Assembly: GCF_018350175.1 (NCBI RefSeq)
Contig: NC_058373.1
Coordinates: forward strand, 114,020,001-114,084,000
Direction: 5' to 3'
From: Felis catus
Taxonomy: Eukaryota
Length of the DNA stretch: 64,000 bases
The notes below the pieces were generated by a model. It did no database searches and was not told the DNA's origin. It worked only from the letters and a program-made list of their open reading frames with translations. The position numbers were made by a program, and so were the translations under genes. Shown here in pieces: positions 60,911 to 64,000 of this stretch. Position 1 is the first letter of the stretch. Every line of letters begins with the position of its first letter.

Positions 60911-63267
60911 GCTCTAAGTAACCATTGCTTATACTTATTGTAAATACACTGGCTTTATGTAATTACACAGTGTGTCTGCCCTTTTTAGGTCCTGTATTTT
61001 CATTCTGGCATGATCTGCTTTCAGTGGCATTCAGCTAAAGTCTGTGCCTGCTCAACAGAAAGCTTTTGGCGACAGTGAATTGCATATCCTGGCTCGATTG
61101 CTCCTGAGTGTGACACAACATTCACCCTCTCTTTAACTTGACTGATCCTACCTGTATGTTTCCTACCTGTATGTTGTTTATTTATTCTGAAACAGGAAAC
61201 ATACAAGTAATACATAGTTGTGGAAAAATAACCAAGCAATATAGAGTAATACAGAGGAGGAGGGAAAATCTTCCAGAGGTGTATAATCTTCTAGACTGAC
61301 TCTATGCATATGAAAATATGTGTGTGCTCACAATACCTAATGTTCTCTAATCTGCTTTCTAAACCATCCTTACCTCATGGATAATCTTGCCATGTAAGTA
61401 TAGTTACCGATCTTTTTTTTCCTAGCAGCATAGTATTCTATGGTGTGGATATAACAGAAATGCAGTCAAGAGGATGATGACACTAAAACGAACGAAATAC
61501 TGTGTTTCTTAAACTCCAAATACTTTAGGTATTTTTGTTTTTAATTATTTAAAGAAACAAATAACTGATCCAAACTAAAAAAATAGCAATCTGCAGCTTC
61601 ACTTCAGAAATAATTGATTTAAGTCCATTATTATTGTAGGCATGCTTTGCTTCATTGTTAACCTCGTCTAACCCCTTCTACCTGGGAATCCCAAAGAGCA
61701 TAGTAAACATTGTACAAATACTCCATAAAAGTTGTTCTGTACTGGTCTGGACTTAATGGATCTTTAAATATATGTTGTTTTAAAATGTCTTTTATTAGGG
61801 CCCGCCTTAATTGGTCTTCTCTCTTGATCCTGATTTTAAAGGGGAAGATGGCCCAGAAAACCTCTCGGGTCTCACCAAATAATCTAAGCTCAGAACAGTG
61901 AGATTCCTTCAGGCCCATCCCCCAAGCCATCCCTGAGATCACACTCTCTCATCATGGGACTTCTGAGTCTGAGATTCTGTAGCTGTGCACCAGAGGACTG
62001 AGGTCTCCTGGCTCTTGTGTTGCTGAACCTGGCTTTTGTTTCCGTTTTTTTGCTTTCATTCTCTTTTGCCACCTTTCTTCCAGTTTTTGTAGAGTCTTGG
62101 CTGGCTTTCTCCTAAGGATGGATCTGCCTGCCAGTGTGTTCAGGAATCTGCAGTGTCATTAGAGTGGTTACCTCTAATTGGTTCTTCTTTGCTGTGTTAG
62201 AACTCTGCCCTGAGCGCTAAGAAAACTCTTCAGTGTGTGGGCTCTTGTCTCTGTGAAAAAAGCTTTTGTCCTGTAATCATTAGGCAGAGCTCTAGTTTAC
62301 TTCTAAAACATGATTAAATCCTTGGGAAGGAGGGGGAAAAAATAGAGGGCTGTTATTTAAGATGGGTACCCTGAGGGAACAAAGGAGAGGCTTTTCACAT
62401 TGTTGTGTCTCCTAATTGGGCCAAGCCAAGGTTGCTGTGTGTCATTCCAGAAAGCAGTTCCCTGCCTGGTGGGAGGACAGGAGCACAGGGGTGACAGATT
62501 GAAGCTGACGTTGGAAGGCACGGGACCAGAATTCAGGACTTTTTAAGGCCAGATCTTCTGAACTTGCCTCCTGTCCCACCTCTGAAGGGCCCTGGAGGAG
62601 AGAAGAGAGCTTAGACCCCCACACTCTGCTCTGTAGTTCCCGACATAAAGAGTTTCCCTCACCCAGAATTACTGGGAAGGGGCTGGTTTGCTTTATTCCA
62701 CATAACTCTATATTGCTTGAATTATTTATAGGGAACATGTGTTATTTATATAATCGGAAAAAATAAAACTATATTCATAGTGTGGGCAGGGGTAAAGAAA
62801 GAGAAAGTCAGTTGTTTAGTGGAACTGGCAAATGGTCCCATAGTGCAGTAAGGTCAACATTAAGAATAAAAAGCGCTAGTGGGATTATGATACTTTAAAA
62901 GGCCCCTAAAAATTCTGAGTAGGACTAATCCTTTGTACGGTGACAAAAAAAGGGAAGACTTTAACAAGCCCCCCCACCTCCTTCCTTTGGGGGCTCAGTG
63001 TCAGACCATACTGGACCCTACAAAGGGCCTTGTCCAGACTTCCCACCCCAGTGAACATCTTATGTTGGACAGCTTTCTGACCTGTTTCATGGTAAATATT
63101 CTTCTGTATTCCCAGCTTCAAGGTCTGGCCTTTGCGGTAAGATTATCTTCTGACTCATTCTAGAGAATGTGGTCTGCCTGATAGTGCATTTGTGCATTAA
63201 CTGGGGAGGCTTTCCGGAGATACAATTTAGTCCAAGTATATGGTTCTATTAAGAATTTCAGACCTGA

Positions 63268-63460
63268 GGGGCACTTGGGTGGCTCATTCGGTTAAGCATC
63301 TAACTCTTGATTTTGGCTCAGGTCATGATCTCTCACTCTTCTGAGTTGGAGCCCCACATGGGCTCTGTGCTGACAGCGTGGAACCTGCTTGAGATTCTCC
63401 CTCTTTCTCTGTCCTTCCCCCACTTGCACTCTCTCTGGCTCTTTCAAAAGAAATAAAGGA
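63268..63460 (+). mobile_element. CAN-SINE
   Basis: ggggcacttgggtggctca head with a short tail. Confidence 0.95.
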
Positions 63461-63464
63461 ACTT

Positions 63465-63589
63465 GGGGTGCCTGGGTGGCTCAGTTGATTAAGTGTCTGA
63501 CTCCTGGTTTCTGCTCAGGTCATGATCTCATGGTTTGTGAGTTTGAGCTCTGCATTGGGATCTGTGCTGACAGCATGGAGCCTGCTTGA

Positions 63590-63626
<37 letters not shown>

Positions 63627-63740
63627 CCTCCCCTGCTCACTTTCTCTGTCTCTCTCTCAAAAATAAATAAAGTTAAAAAAAAAACTAAAAGAAAGAAAGA
63701 AAGAAACAAACAAACAAATAAATAAACTAAGAAAAAAAAA
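63465..63740 (+). mobile_element. CAN-SINE with a compound A-rich tail
   Basis: (CT)n tract and (GAAA)n(CAAA)n(TAAA)n tail; outer TSD aagaatttcagacct / aagaatttcagatcct encloses both copies. Confidence 0.96.
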
Positions 63741-63917
63741 AGAATTTCAGATCCTAACAAGTCAATGAAGGGAGGAAGATTTTGACTAGGGACCTTCTGT
63801 CACCCTTTAATCAGGCCCCATATATGGCTGCCTGGTGGCTCCCTTGTTCTTGGGTTTCTATACATAAAAGTTCTAGATATGGGCAGCCAGACACTCCCCT
63901 ATATTAATCAAATTAAT

Positions 63918-64000
63918 GCTTGACCTATACCTCAGTTTTCTCATTGGTTAAATGGGCATAATAGTAGTATTTACCTCATAAGGTTGGTGTGAGAATTGCA
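63918..64000 (+). mobile_element. MIR remnant (cut by the window end)
   Basis: cctcagttttctcattggttaaatgggcataatagtagtatttacctcataaggttggtgtgag. Confidence 0.8.

Overview
Mammalian, almost certainly felid (cat-family), non-coding genomic DNA. It is either a long intron or an intergenic region. I recognise no intact protein-coding gene, and the ORF-track entries are chance ORFs, microsatellite translations or SINE/L1 read-throughs. The window holds 22 carnivore tRNA-derived CAN-SINEs (mostly SINEC_Fc-type, many with visible target-site duplications, several stacked head-to-tail). It also holds L1 3' fragments, many ancient MIR and L2 remnants, hAT DNA-transposon fossils (MER20, MER33, MER5, MER94, Charlie8/MER102-like), two solo LTRs (LTR33-like, MLT1K-like) and several microsatellites. 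A repeat-poor, CpG-enriched block at about 19.4-23.5 kb looks regulatory. The best-supported unusual item is a 34-nt 5' fragment of U2 snRNA inserted, with its own ~16-bp TSD and no poly(A) tail, inside a CAN-SINE at 27535-27568. Other leads are a candidate 24-nt microexon (14240-14263), a very young and possibly polymorphic SINE (34099-34324) and a SINE whose tail has become a five-part compound microsatellite. I see no evidence of a new multi-gene biological system. Repeat family names come from recalled consensus similarity, not from a search, and boundaries of old elements are approximate.
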